Positions 1-14,200 of a stretch of DNA of 64,000 nucleotides are shown piece by piece. The stretch lies in NCBI GenBank assembly GCA_951406725.2, contig OX597818.1, positions 92,504,001 to 92,568,000 on the forward strand. The letters run 5' to 3'. The DNA is from Octopus vulgaris (Eukaryota). Position 1 is the first letter of the stretch. The number at the start of each line of letters is the position of its first letter. Below the pieces are notes generated by a model. The model was not told the origin of the DNA. It did no database searches and saw only the letters and a list, made by a program, of their open reading frames with translations. Position numbers and translations under genes: made by a program.

Positions 1-366
1 TTTTTCGCCAAATATATACGCATATATATATACAAACTCATACACACACACATGCGTACCGTAAACGTTCATACATACGTCTATATACGCACAAGCACAA
101 GAAAAAACATGGTTAAAGATAACAGAAAAAAAAATAAGGAAGTATACAAAGCATAAAAACTACGTTCATATACGGACATGCTCTTATGTGCTCATACACA
201 CACGCCCATATATGTACATACCCGCACATGTTTATATACGCATACACACACACGCATATACGAAAAATGAATATACATATGCCCCTCCCCCAAAAAATTT
301 TTTATATGGTATGCATGTGTGTGTGTATGAGTTTGTATATATATGCGTATATATTTGGCGAAAAAT
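1..366. repeat. ~65-bp inverted repeat pair (1-66 vs 300-366), fold-back element cut by the window edge
   Basis: tttttcgccaaatatatacgcat.. is the reverse complement of ..atgcgtatatatttggcgaaaaa. Confidence 0.75.
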
Positions 367-743
367 GCGAGTGAAGAGTATATATATATATATATATATT
401 TAAATATGAATTGATTTCACCGCGCACGGTGTAATGAAATGAATATTTTGCAAAGTATATGAGTACAGTAAACTTGGTTGATCCTTAATTAAGTGCTAAC
501 GCACAAAAGGTGATATCAATTGATACCAAGTTATCTGTTTTTGCTTTGCAGTTTATGCAAAGGTAAGACCTATCTTTATTATATTCGTTACATTCACCGT
601 GCCTTGGAGTGTTGAATCCTACTTCTAGTAGGTTGATATTTCGGTACCCTAATTTATTTGTATATTTTGCCTATTTAGGTTAAACTTGCTGACCATTTTA
701 TTATTATTGTTATTTTTAATAATGCTAGTAATACTTTGTTAAA

Positions 744-799
<56 letters not shown>

Positions 800-806
<7 letters not shown>

Positions 807-1163
807 ATATTTCGGAATGGTCATATTGCCAGTTTAGCCAATAAAAACACACGCACTATATATTTGGTGTTACTTTGCTTCAGTGATATTTATTTTTTAC
901 ATTAATCTTAAGGAGAGACACAAATAAGAAAGAAGAAAACAAAGGACCACTGATGCGGTCACAGGAGTGTGACGAAAGAACTTTGGCCGAAATAAGATTA
1001 AGATTAATGTAAAAAATAAATATCACTGAAGCAAAGTAACACCAAATATATAGTGCGTGTGTTTTTATTGGCTAAACTGGCAATATGACCATTCCGAAAT
1101 ATAACAATATCTGTTTCAACACACGACTTCACATAAAAAATCTTGCACAACAAATATTTAAAC

Positions 1164-1165
<2 letters not shown>
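800..1165. mobile_element. Fold-back repeat element with ~110-bp inverted arms, embedded in (TA)n
   Basis: 801-910 is the reverse complement of ~998-1108. Second family member at 58983-59375. Confidence 0.8.
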
Positions 1166-1195
<30 letters not shown>

Positions 1196-1262
1196 TAGCA
1201 CTATGACCCGGCGTCATAATGTATATATATTATATTATAGTATATTATATTATACATTATAT

Positions 1263-1299
<37 letters not shown>

Positions 1300-1325
1300 A
1301 TATTAATTTATATTATATATTATAT

Positions 1326-1366
<41 letters not shown>

Positions 1367-1480
1367 TATATTATATTATATATTATATTATATTATATTA
1401 TATTATATTTATATTATATTATATTATATATTATATTATATTATATTATATATTATATTATATTATATTATATTATATAC
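1165..1480. repeat. (TA)n / (TATTA)n simple repeat
   Basis: Directly visible. Confidence 0.95.
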
Positions 1481-1824
1481 ACTACTGTTGGTTACATATT
1501 TAGATATTTTATATGCATATATTAGATTTAATGGTTAATATAATAAATTATAGAACTACTCTACACACATTGTTAGTTCATATCTTAAGAGAATAATTTA
1601 AAATTCTTGCATAAATCTCGAGGACGGAGTACATTTTTCTACGAATTTTTGTTCCCAAACGTATTTAAAGCAGAAGAATATGAAGTAGCCATTCCTGTTT
1701 TCCAACTGTCCAATAAATATCTTTTGAAATTATCATCTAGAGATGTTGTTGTTGCTGTTGTTGTTGATGTTGTTGTTTTCTGCACTGATCAAGCAGATCA
1801 CAGGTAATCCGTCCATGACGGATT

Positions 1825-2395
1825 TTGTTAGCCGCTCTCCAGCCATCTCCAGCCATCTATTTAAAACTGTATACAGCTATGGTACGATCACACTTGGAAT
1901 TCGCATCATCAGTTTGGAACCCCTATCTTGCTCAGAACATTGACCTCCTGGAATCTGTCCAGAGACGTGCAACCAAACGCATACCCTCCATCAGACACCT
2001 ACCATATTCTGAGCGCCTTGTTTCCTTGGGCATGGATTCACTGAAGCTCCGGCGTCTGGCGACGGACTTGGTAAACACCCACAAAGTTATCAACCACCTC
2101 ACCAACAACAACACTGAACACCTTTTTGATCTCCATGTGTCTAACACACGTGGACATGCCTACAAAGTCAGAAAACAACACAGCTCCTATGACTTTCGGA
2201 AACATTTTTTCACGCTCAGAGTTGCTGAAGCATGGAATAAACTGCCTGCGTCAGTTGTTGACTGCCATGACACTGCATCCTTTAAGGCCCTCATGCTTTC
2301 CGAAATCCGCCGAAACTACACCTGATTATATATACACTTTAGATGAGTTGTAGTGCACCTGAGCACTGTACACAATTATTATTATTATTATTATT
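1825..2395 (+). mobile_element. 5'-truncated CR1/L2-group LINE (ORF2 C-terminus + 3' UTR + (TTA)n tail)
   Basis: LYTAMVRSHLEFASSVWNPY, LESVQRRATK, LPYSERL..L..SLKLRR, TRGH, FFTLRV..AWNKLP motifs. Confidence 0.9.
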
Positions 2396-2669
2396 ATGAC
2401 CATGACAGCTATTCTTCAAATATGGTACATCTAGGAATATATTATACAATGTGTTCTTTTATCTTGGTTAGTAGGGTGTGATCTGTGTGAAGGTGAGTTA
2501 TTATTTCTGGCACGTCAAGTACGTCATGTTTGCTGGATCATCACGATTTAGAGTTGTCTTCAAATGAATGTAATATATTTTCAACCTAGCTGACAATAGA
2601 CTTTACAGTAAATAATCTGTTTCTATCTCAATAAGATTGGAATAGTTGTGTCACCACTTATATCACAAA

Positions 2670-3560
2670 TACGAGGTGGTATCAAGAAGTTCCCAGATTA
2701 GTTCTGTAGCGCGCTAACAGGTGGCAGCACACGGTTGCATGTGCTGTGAGAACTAGCAATGGCCTTCATGAGGCAGTGTGCTAAGTGTATACTTCGCAAG
2801 TTGTGAAATTTGTGATTTTGTGATCACTTGTATGCTGTAGTCTGCGATTTTGTCATGGACAGGATCAATGAGCCAACGGAAAACTTTATGTTAAACTTGG
2901 AAAGTCTGTTATAGAGACATTAAGCATGCTTGGGATAGCTTATGTCGACGAGGCAATGGGTTGCACGCAGTTTCGAGTAGTGCAGGCGCTTCAAAAGCGG
3001 AAGAACCTGCCAAGAAGACGATGAGCGATCTGGAAGACTACCACGTGTGTCACCCCACCCCACCGGAAATGTGGTATTGTGCATCGAGAATTAGTCCCCC
3101 AGGGTCGAAAGTTCTACAGCGACGTCTTGAGGCGTTTGAGGGACGAAAGCGCCCGGATTTGTGGAGCGTGAAGTATTGGATTCTTTACGACGACAATGCA
3201 CCCTGTCACTGAGTACTCCTCACTCGTGAGTTTCTTGCCAATAGCAACATAGTATCGCTTCTGCATCCGCTGTATTTGACAGATTTAGCCCGACGGACTT
3301 CCATATTTTTCCCAGCATGAGAATGCAGTTCATAGTTCACCGTTTTAACACCGCTGTCGGGATTCAGAGGGAATTGTAGGTCTTCGACTCGCTTACGGAA
3401 AATTACTTCCAGGCTGGATTCCAAATGTGACAGAAACTCTGGGACTGGTGTATTGCTGCGCAAGGTGACTACTTCGAAGGCGATGTTGTTAAAACTTAGG
3501 AAAATACGTTATTTTTTATTAAACAAAACTAGTCTGAGAACCTTTTGCTACCACTTCGTA
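2670..3560 (+). mobile_element. Degenerate mariner transposon
   Basis: TIRs TAcgaggtggtatcaagaagttc / gaaccttttgctaccacttcgTA, TA target, WILYDDNAPCH (HHDNAPAH-like) remnant. Confidence 0.85.
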
Positions 3561-4464
3561 CCAGCAAGCAATTATACGACTGATATACGAAACATTTATT
3601 GATATCGATGCCGCAGTGACTCGTCCATCTACGACTACTATGAGAAAAACCACATGTATATATAGATTTTTGAGATAGACATATCCTACTCTATATCTAC
3701 TGTCCTAATAATTTTTTTTATGAATGTGTGTCTAACCGTAGGATTCACTCTCAATACAGCCCACCATTTTTCTTTTTATAGTCTGCATGCATCTGCTTTG
3801 CCTATCACATTCTGAACTTTCACATTCATCAACAATTGCCCGATTATTTTTCACTGAGTATTGAGCATTGAGCACATTATTTCGTCTCACTCTAAAATCA
3901 TACAAGGGATCATGACATCGAGTGCCTAGTTCACTTCTGACACGACAAAGACAAAAATGTTTTTAGTATGATATCGCAGTATCAAATTATTTGGGAGTAT
4001 CTAATCGACACAACCTAAAACATACCAATCTTATGCCTAACATGCTCTACCTCCTGAATCTTCAAGGAGGTAGAATTGTAAGTCTTCTCACCTCCAGAAA
4101 GGCAGCCACTTGAATCTTCATATTTCTTTAAAGATTTTCATCTTTTCAGAATAGTCTTATTGGATGCTCTTGCTTGTAATGCCTCTTCATTAAAAATTGA
4201 TTTATAAATAACACTCAGTTATATCGACCACATTAGTCATACAAACAGCAGAACAATATTTTGTTGACACATTCAAGATAACCTGTCTCAATATTTGCAT
4301 CAGACAGTTACCTGCATATGAAAATTCTATGATCATTTGAGTCTAGTATAAGAACAGATTCTGACGGATCTACCTTCTTATTTCTAAACAGAGCATTTTC
4401 AAGTAAGTTCCAAATGAAATACTCTATTCCTCTCTCTCTCTCTCTTTTCTCTCTCTCTCTCTTT

Positions 4465-4496
<32 letters not shown>

Positions 4497-6664
4497 ATTC
4501 TTGCTCTCTGTTAGTATAGATCCCAACTGATAAAGATATCTATTTTGTCCTTTTTTTGAAAGGTTTTAACCTTCTTAAGCTTGTTTTTCATCCCACCAGT
4601 TCAGTTTTCCATCCCACCATACTTTCCGTCACAAAACACGTTACATTCCTTGTATTTTCCCACTTCAATTCATCATAGTTGTTTATTTTTTCTTCTTCTT
4701 TCACATTGACCCTGTTGTCACTATGTCGATTATCAAGCAATATATTAATTTGACGCTCGGTGAAAGAAGAGATTTGCTGTTAAGGTTTCGAGCATAGCTC
4801 TTTGTCAGAAACAGGAAAGTCCAAAGAGAAAGGAAAGGAAAATCGCCAACAGTCCACGTATGGTTATACACACGTATACACACACACACACACACATGTA
4901 CACACACACACACACACATGTACGCACATGTAATGATACGAAATTGGTGACCTTAATATAAGCAAGAAGAGGTTAATTATTACGTTTATGACAAAGCAGA
5001 ACCATATTAAGGATGAAAAGTTGATTTTATCTTTAGAAAAATATTTATCACCAAGCCATCATTAAGCATGTTTTTGTGCTGTTATAAAATTCAAATACAT
5101 ATATAAAATTCAAGTACATATATACATGTGATATATCACATTTAAACACAAACATTTTTATTCTGATGTTTAATCTTATATCTCACATTCTGTATTTGAC
5201 ACATACTTGATTTTACATGATTTATATAATAATTCATATTTATAATGTATAATTTATAAATTTTAATTTTTAATATTACAAAGTATAATTTTTATTCTTA
5301 ATTTTCAATTCTTAATTTTTAATCTTTAATGCTTAATTGCATTGCTTATTTTTAAAGGGATGTAAAATTAGATATATAATATTATGAAATAGAACCTGTG
5401 TATATGTATATATACTGTAATCTTCCAATAGTGAAACACGTGTAGTTCCTTCATATTTAATAAATATAAGTATTAACTAAAATAGGATATAACTAATGAA
5501 GCATATTAAATAACCAGCTGGTAATTTTGGTTATATCCTTTATGCATTATTTCGTGATGTGCAAACTGATACTATGAGTTTACTGTCAGATATACTCATT
5601 AGGTTATTTTTGTATTATCTGAAATAGAATACCCGCATATCGGTTAACCCCACAAAAAATTAATTATATTTAGATATCTAGATACTTATGTGAAGAGAGC
5701 AGGTTCGGAAAATCCTTTATGTCATCTGTTCAAAATGTTCCATGGAATTAAATAAACTGTATAACATTTGATAAGCGTTTATAAAATTACCAAAATTATT
5801 TAAAAGGCGGACGCCTATGAATCAGAAGAATCGACAGAGAAAAGATACATTTTGCAGGTTTTAAACACGCTGTGAAATCTGTGTATTCAAATTTTCTATA
5901 CATTATAACAAGCCATGATATTTTCCAATCTTTCCAACTTTTCATAAATACTTTTTAATTTTTTTTTCTTTGTATCTCCGAAACAATAATTTCTTCAGTC
6001 CCTTTCAGTTACTGAGTATCTATTTTCATCAACTCTTTGTTTCGTACCTGGTTGCACACAGTAGATTTCATTCTCAGTCCGTTCGGTGTAGTGTGTCTAT
6101 GAGTGAGTCACTAGTTTTATTACGCTCAACTGAAGGTGAGCACCATTTGCACCTGGGAATTAACCTGTGAAGGACCAGAGTTCTCTACCTTCAGTATTAA
6201 ACACCTCGTAAACCAAGATAAACTTTGGCCTCGCGAGACTGTAGAGACGTAACAGAATCTTCTCGGAGTTCTTTGAAGTATGCTTTTATGTATTTTCTTT
6301 TAACTTTTCCGAATTTTGAAATAAAAGATAGCGAATTCCATTTACATTTTTTGAAAATATTTTCAAATATTTTTCCAATTTTGTTTATTCTTATCAACCT
6401 TGAATTGATGTAATAAATTTTGCGAATAGTTTCACATTGAAGAAGAAACGAAATTTCCAAAACAGTAGTCTGCAAACATAATGGGAATAAATACTGAAGT
6501 TAAATAAAATTAATAAGAATGGAGAAAAAAGAATATAAATAGTAACTTTGTTATTTTACGAAACGAAAAAGTGATAATGAAAGAGAACTTTCGGCAAAAT
6601 GTTTCGCCTTTACAAAGCAGAATAAACAGTGACTGGAACATTTAAAACTATATATAGTAATACG

Positions 6665-6992
6665 TGAGGGCGCGTGGCTTAGTGGTTAGGGCATTCGGCT
6701 CATGATCGTAAGGTTGTGAGTTCGATTCCCGGCGACGCGTTGTGTCCTTGAGCAAGACACTTTATTTCACGTTGCTCCAGTCCACTCAGCTGGCAAAAAG
6801 GAGTTGTACTTGTATTTCAAAGGGTCAGCCTTGTCACTCTCTGTGTCACGCTGATTATCCCCGAGAACTACGTTAAGGGTACACGTGTCTGTGGAATGCT
6901 CAGCCATTTGCACGTTAATTTCACGAGCAAGCTGTTCCGTTGATCGTATCAGCTGGGACCCTCGTCGTCGTAACCGGCGGAGTCTTTTTTTT
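6665..6992 (+). mobile_element. tRNA-derived SINE (family B, CORE-like centre)
   Basis: A box tggcttagtgg, B box gttcgattccc, ccttgagcaagacactt motif. Related copies at 10085-10337 (-) and 24959-25210 (+). Confidence 0.85.
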
Positions 6993-7175
6993 TATATAGT
7001 AATACATTTCAGGTGGATATTTTAAAAAGTATTAGATATTTAAAAAACATTCAGATCATCTACTATTTTGGTGGAAGGTTTTCACTAGATCTTGAATAAT
7101 CCAAAAGACTAAACCATGCTAAAAGATATATTCTTGGATATAAAGCTTTTGTTTGGGTTTTTTAACACCGACCCA

Positions 7176-7593
7176 TTTACTCTTTACTCTTTACTCTTTT
7201 ACTTGTTTCAGTCATTTGACTGCGGCCATGCTGGAGCACCGCCTTTTAGTTGAGCAACTCGACCCCGGGACTTATTCTTTTGTAAGCCCAGTACTTATTC
7301 TAATCTGTCTCTTTTGCCGAACCGCTAAGTGACGGGGACATAAACACACCAGCATCGGTTGTCAAGCAATGCTAGGGGGACAAACACAGACACACACACA
7401 CACACACATACATATATATATACATATATACGACAGGCTTCTTTCAGTTTCTGTCTTCCAAATCCACTCACAAGGCATTGGTCGGCCCGGGGCTATAGTA
7501 GAAGACACTTGCCCAAGATGCCACGCAGTGGGACTGAACCCGGAACCATGTGGCTGATTAGCAAGCTACTTACCACACAGCCACTCCTGCGCC
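7176..7593 (-). mobile_element. tRNA-derived SINE (family A) with internal (CA)n
   Basis: Head ggcgcaggagtggctgtgtggtaag, tail (aagagta)n. Many copies in the window. Confidence 0.88.
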
Positions 7594-8008
7594 TATATTT
7601 CTATCATTTTGTTGCATATTTCTCTTTTCATCGTCAAGAATTTTGTTCTTCGTTTATGATTCAGAAATGTATCGTTTGCTTCAATAATTTAATTCTGATA
7701 TCCTCAGATAGGGACTTCTGTGAGAAATTCTATAGGAATTTCTAAAACCAGCCACATTTATAACAAATATTTAACTTTGCTGAAAACAGCAGATTGACGT
7801 GCAGAGTAAAAGGGATATGCATTACAAATTACATACAAGAAATAACGCCCAAAAATCTATTTATATAATTCGTAATCTAAGATGTTTTTCTACTTCCATG
7901 CGTTATCTTGAAAATGTTTTTTATCGATGATTAATTCATTTGATAACTGACATTCATAAAAGTAAATCAGTTGCTGTTGCTATAGTTGTTGTTGTTGCTA
8001 CTGTTAAT

Positions 8009-8080
8009 CTTCTTCTTCTTCTTCTTCTTCTTCTTCTTCTTCTTCTTCTTCTTCTTCTTCTTCTTCTTCTTCTTCTTCTT
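8009..8080. repeat. (CTT)n microsatellite
   Basis: Directly visible. Confidence 0.95.
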
Positions 8081-8116
8081 GTGTAGGCCTGGGTTAGCCC
8101 TGATCTACCTTATCTG

Positions 8117-8347
8117 TTTCTTTATTACCCACAAGGGGCTAAACATAGAGGGGACAAACAAGGACAGACAAACGGATTAAGTCGATTATATCGACCCCAG
8201 TGCGTAACTGGTACTTAATTTATCGACCCCGAAAGGATGAAAGGCAAAGTCGACCTTGGTGGAATTTGAACACAGAACGTAACGGCAGACGAAATACCGC
8301 GAAGCACTTCGCCCGGCATGATAACATCTCTAACAGCTCACCGCCTT
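8117..8347 (-). mobile_element. tRNA-derived SINE (family C, gcctttcatcctttcggggtcgataaa central domain)
   Basis: Copies at 20530-21115, 37108-37325, 45349-45485. Confidence 0.85.
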
Positions 8348-8737
8348 GCCCTGATCTACCTTATCAGCGACACGCCGGATAGTCGGTGAACGACATGAGG
8401 CCACAAACGAATCCATGTTCCAAATTACTGTTAGTCTTGCCTGAGTACCATACTACATATTCCGACATTCATTAATAAATCGTATCGGATAAAGTATGAC
8501 AGTCTGGATAAGTTGAACTCCCCCTATCACCCACCCACTATCGGTACACACATACAAATGACCTATCTTATTTTTCTACAACTGCAGATGTAGCGAAATA
8601 AAAATGTCGCTGGGGGTTCTGCAGATGAAGAGAAATCTCTATTGGCCACAGATTCGCAGAATAAGGGGAACTTTACCAAGAATGTGAAATTATTTGTTCC
8701 TTTGCTGATCTCAACAGTCCAACTCTCTCTCTCTCCT

Positions 8738-8769
<32 letters not shown>

Positions 8770-9020
8770 TCTACTCACAAGGCTTTGGTCGGCCCGAGGT
8801 TGTAGTAGAAAACATTTGCTCAAGGTGCCACTCAGTGGGACTGAACCTGGAACCATGTGGTTGGGAAGCAAGCTTCTTACCACACAGCCACGCCTGCGCC
8901 TATGTATATATTCACAATGATCCATGTATATATCCACAACAGTCAATGTTATTAGACCTGTCGGGGTTGCAGAATATAAAGGCCATGTCAAACTTTAAAT
9001 TTTACAACGGAAACAAGCGG

Positions 9021-9142
<122 letters not shown>

Positions 9143-9744
9143 AGGAAAACGGAAAATGGATTTTGTAAGAATCTTTATCCAACATGACGATCATTTCGAC
9201 ATCCTGCAGCTGTATCTTACGGGTATTGTGCATTTAGTTGTGTCGCATCAATCAATGCAGTCTCTGTCGCCAGAGGTGTTTGGCGTAAAAAGGCATCCTA
9301 TTACATATACTGAGTACCCCTTGGCATAATGTACTCGCTCGAAGTATGTGGATACGCTGACGGAGGGTAGAATAATTTTGGGGTTATTACCTGCAAATGG
9401 ATCTGGCTACAGTTGACAGTGAATATATCACATAAATTAAAATGATAAAGGATAGAGAATGAAATCTGCCAAAGGGTACGAATTAAAAGTTAAAAGGAAG
9501 AAGGATAATGTGAAGTATATTTGCCACTTAAATGTGGCTAACCACTAAGGGTGGATGCTCCTGTAGCTTGTAGCCCCAGGAGAACATCTTCTCCAGCTGG
9601 CAATTGACACACTTTTTGTGCCCTATCAGTATTTGCAAAGGGAAGCCATCCTTATACCTCGTTCAGAGATTTATTATTGGAAGAAGGGTAGATATACTCT
9701 AATTGACCGTGAAAACACATATAGACACATACAGACGTACACAT

Positions 9745-9800
<56 letters not shown>

Positions 9801-10084
9801 GTGCTGCCAAGGGAATGGCATTTAATGTGGTCATGAACAACCATGATGGTCGTATTAGAAGCAGACAGACAAATGGTATCTAGCTCCCCGCTGCGTGGCA
9901 AATTCTACAGTCAGTTACATATGACTAAGCTAGCACGTTAGGGGGTCGTTCGCCGGACACGCCAAAGCCCACTTGTAAACGTCTATAATTCAGGTGTATA
10001 ATCACACCTCATGAAGTGTATCTAAATATTTATTCATCCACGCATGCACCATATAGATGTATTTAAATGTGCATATAAAATAAA

Positions 10085-10337
10085 ATAAATGCGCCCTTTT
10101 AAAGCCTAGCCAGGCTCATGGGCCCGGTTTCCCGGTTTCAATGGCGTATGTGTTCCCCAGCTGGATAGGACGCCAGTCCATCGCAGCGTTACTCATTTTT
10201 GCCAGCTGAGTGGACTGGAGCAACGTGAAATGAAGTGTTTTGCTCAAGAACACAACCCGTCGCCCAGTCCAGCAATCAAAACCACAATCTTACGATCATG
10301 ATGCTGACACCCTAACCACTAAGCCACGCGCCTCCAC
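10085..10337 (-). mobile_element. SINE family B
   Basis: Reverse complement of 24959-25210. Confidence 0.85.
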
Positions 10338-10790
10338 TAAACGTCCATATAAATAGCTGTATTTTCGCATTTACACACATCAGTGGCACACAGACACACT
10401 CTCATGGTTGCATAAATAAAGAGACAATAATCGCAATACATATCGTATAGAATAACGATTCGTATCATATCCATTATCCATTTCAATCATCAATTATAAA
10501 CTAAATCAACACTGCAGAATTCATGATGTAGATCCAGTGAAAATGATACCGTGACTATGAATGACATCAGATAGCCCAAACGGTGAATGAGCTTTAATCG
10601 GCATACCAATAGACATATATATACATAGACACACACAAACACACACACACACACATATACACGGTTTTAAAGCTGCGGTCTTGCATATATACGAAAAGGC
10701 ATAAACAACATTTTGTTAACCTGGTATTAAGAAAAAGATAGTGAAGCATTTTGCCCGGATTCACAATCCCTTATGCATAACACTTTATTA

Positions 10791-10842
<52 letters not shown>

Positions 10843-11213
10843 ACGTTTTCCTTTAACATAGTTTCTAAAACGTAATTTGAGATATTTCTCCACAACAGAA
10901 TTTAACCTATCCCATTGGTTCTAATTGAGATAACTATTCTTAAGGCATTTTATTCAATAGCTGCTTATGTTTCAGAATTTAGATTTGACAAATCCTGTTT
11001 CAGTTCCGTCATTCCACAATATAAATAACTCAGGGTTTACAAGAGATTCTTAATGCTATGTATACGTATTCAGTATGTATAAGTGTTCGTTTGTAAGTAA
11101 ATATATTTGTTGACTGTTAACCACGCTGTTTAGAGATATTTTATAACATTTTGAAAAGTAATTCTTTAAAGAAATATTTGAAAACAGAGGAAATTGAAAG
11201 AATCGCTAACAAA

Positions 11214-11291
11214 ATGGCTCCGCGCTTGTTATTTGTAATGTTCGGTGCTGTATATTATTTGGGGATAACAGCCAATGGAGAAACTGTTCAA
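11214..11291 (+). CDS. ITIH-like exon 1, signal peptide [26 protein letters not shown]
   Basis: aaaATGg start context, basic N-region, hydrophobic core, small-residue cleavage site (ANG), strong donor CAA|GTAAGT, phase 0 matching the next exon. Confidence 0.8.
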
Positions 11292-14200
11292 GTAAGTCAA
11301 TATTATACTAATTATTTTAAAGAAATCTTACTGTCATTTAGTGTCATTGATTTTACAGTATTTTCTGAAGAGAGCGAGTTAATATCATAGTTTCTGTCAT
11401 TTTCCAGCATCAATTTTTATTGCAGATTTTATTTCGATAATTAGCTGACATTCGAGGCCATATAGTTAGAACTGGTAGAAATCGAACTCGTCTATTGAAG
11501 CTAGAGTAATATTATCTTGTTATAAATCATATCGAATGTTTAATCTAACATTTTCTATTCAATGATTATGAACCTATTAGTGATCAGGTTAGACAATAAG
11601 CGCTTTATCGTGCTTCTTAGCAATACTTAACTACGAGAAAGTACCCAAAACCGTAAATTTTGCGATATTATTTTATTCACACAGTTTTACATATTTACAC
11701 ATTTATCACCTTCTCCATTTGAAGCAATGCATCGGTCCAGATGCGTTTTCGACTGTTCGAAGCAATCCTAGAACTCTTGCGAAGTGATGCCTTTTAACGC
11801 CTCGGTCGTTTTTTCTGTTTTTTTTTTTATTCACCTCTTCCACATCTGCAAAACGTTTTTCCTTTAAAGATTTCTTTCATTCAGGGAAACAAAAAAGTTG
11901 CAAGAAGCAAGATCGGGTGAATAGGAAGGGTGGGTTAGCGGGGTCATGCTATTTTTGGTCAAAAACTGTCACATACTCAAAACGGTGTGCGAAGATGCAT
12001 TGTCGTGATGAAACCACCACTCTCCACTTTGCCATTAGTTGCGGAGTTTTCGTCTCGCCGTGTCTCGCAAGCGCTTCAGAACTGCCAATTAAAACATCTG
12101 GTTAACAGTTTGACCAGGAAGAACAAATGCTGTGTGGCCAATTCCTTTCGCGTCGACGAAACAAATCAGCATCGTCTTGACATTGGACTTCACTTGACAC
12201 GATTTTTGGGAGCGTGGTGATATTGAATGCTCCCGTTGACTTGATAGCTGCTTTGTTTCTGGGTCGTAGCCGTAGCACCAGCTTTCGTCACCACTGATTA
12301 CCTTAGAAAGGTTCGGATCAGCTTCCAACTGTTCTTTCAGTTCGCGACATGCATTCGGTTGTGAATGTTTTTGATCTTCCGTGAGCAAGTGAGAGACAAA
12401 TTTTGCTGCAACTCTTTTTATTCTCAGTTCGCCACTCAAAATTCGTCGGCAGGAGTTTCAGGACACACCAGTCATATCAACAAGTTTGTCAGTTGTTCGG
12501 TGACATTTCCCCAAGATAAATTCATGGATTTTCGTGATGTTTTCATTCTTTGACGGTCACCTTGAACGAGGTTGGTCTTCAAGCGACAAGTGACCTTTAC
12601 TAAAGTGTGAAAAACACTCTTAAACTTGTGTTTTGCTTATGGCAGTGTCCTTGTAAGCTGTTTGTAGCATAAGAACTGTTTCGGCGACCGGATTTCACGG
12701 AAGCACGCTGTTCCTTCGCTTCAGCCATCGCAAAAGTCGACGAACAGGGGAGAAGCATTACAAAACAAAAACTCACCACATGGTAGTACGAGTCCACCTA
12801 ATGACGCCGGTCGGCATGACTGATGCCTGAGAGTCGCATCAAGTGGCCTCTAGCCGTGGAGGCCTGAACTACAACGGGTTTATATCGCAGAGAACCTTTC
12901 CGATTACTTTTTCGTACCCCGTCGTATATATTTACTACATGAATATTTGCGCAATATTTGCAGTTTCAATGCTAATTTGTTTGGATAGATGAGAGTTATT
13001 ACATCTTTGAAGTATTTGTTTTGTAATCTAATACCATTTATTATTTCCATGTTGAACCGATTATTTCAGAAAAAAGTTTTCTATAGAGAAAATTTACAAA
13101 AGATCGTTTTAAAATTCCTTATAAGTTTTTTTTTTTCTGCCTGAATTGAAAAATTATCTGCTAAATATAATAAATCTATTTAATAATACATAAGCACCTG
13201 ACAGAATTATTTAAAGTTTTGTAAGATTTGACGTTCGGCTAAATCTTAGTAAAATATCTACATATTTTATTATTAACGTTTCATTTACCACACTCCCTCG
13301 AAAAATAACTGCTAAACAGCAGCACCTGGCTCACTTTGACACCCATTTCGTTGAAAACTGCACACAAAATAAAGTTATTTTGCAGCGAGGTTTGCATGTC
13401 TATGAACTATACAAGTATCACAATGGATATACTACGAATGAATTCAGACCCTACTCGGTTTCATGTTGATACATCCTCTCGCTATTCCACAATGGGCGCT
13501 GTATTTAAATTAGGCCTCGACGATGATGCCTCTTTCTGTCACAACCGGGGCCTTTTAGCTTCGACCACTGTAGCCTAACTCTTCCGTTTTAAAGAGTTGG
13601 AGTCAGTTACTGATCTGTGACGTTACAGGTAATGGCAGTTCCAACCCAGTCGCTTAAACCCGGGTCCTACTGCACAGCGATAATCTCAGGAGCAGCTGTT
13701 GGCTTTACGGAAGAGCAGAAGATAAATCAGTACGCGTTACTAATGGACAGAATCCTTTACGCACCAGGCGCTGTGCAGATCTCAAGCGTAATGGAGCAAC
13801 GGACTACCCTATCCATCTGTAAATCTGGCATAAAGACCTTGTGTTTAAAAAAGATAGCTGCTGAGGATAAAGTGACCTGAAGCTGGGATATCACAGATTT
13901 TTCTTTGTAACAGGGATAGTCTATCTCCAGAGATATTTTATCTCACGTAGGTGAGATAAAAATTATTTAACAGCGTAGGAGTGGTTGTGTGGTAAGTAGC
14001 TTGCTTACCAACCACATGGTTCCGGGTTCAGTCCCACTGCATGGCACCTTGGGCAAGTGTCTTCTACTATAGCCTCGGGCCGACCAAAGCCTTGTAAGTG
14101 GATTTGGAAGACGGAAACTGAAAGAAGCCCGTCATATATATGTATATATATATGTATGTGTGCTTATGTTTTTGCGTCTGTGTTTGTCCCCCCAACATCG

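Noticed and set aside
1143-1538. Tyr/Ile-rich ORFs
   Set aside because: Translations of (TA)n/(TATTA)n repeats.
6665-6740. tRNA-like sequences (also 24959, 35002, 13973)
   Set aside because: SINE heads: no proper acceptor stem, and followed by SINE body.
13336-13880. Two short ORFs in a GC-richer intron segment
   Set aside because: No recognisable motif; probably a decayed retroelement I cannot classify.
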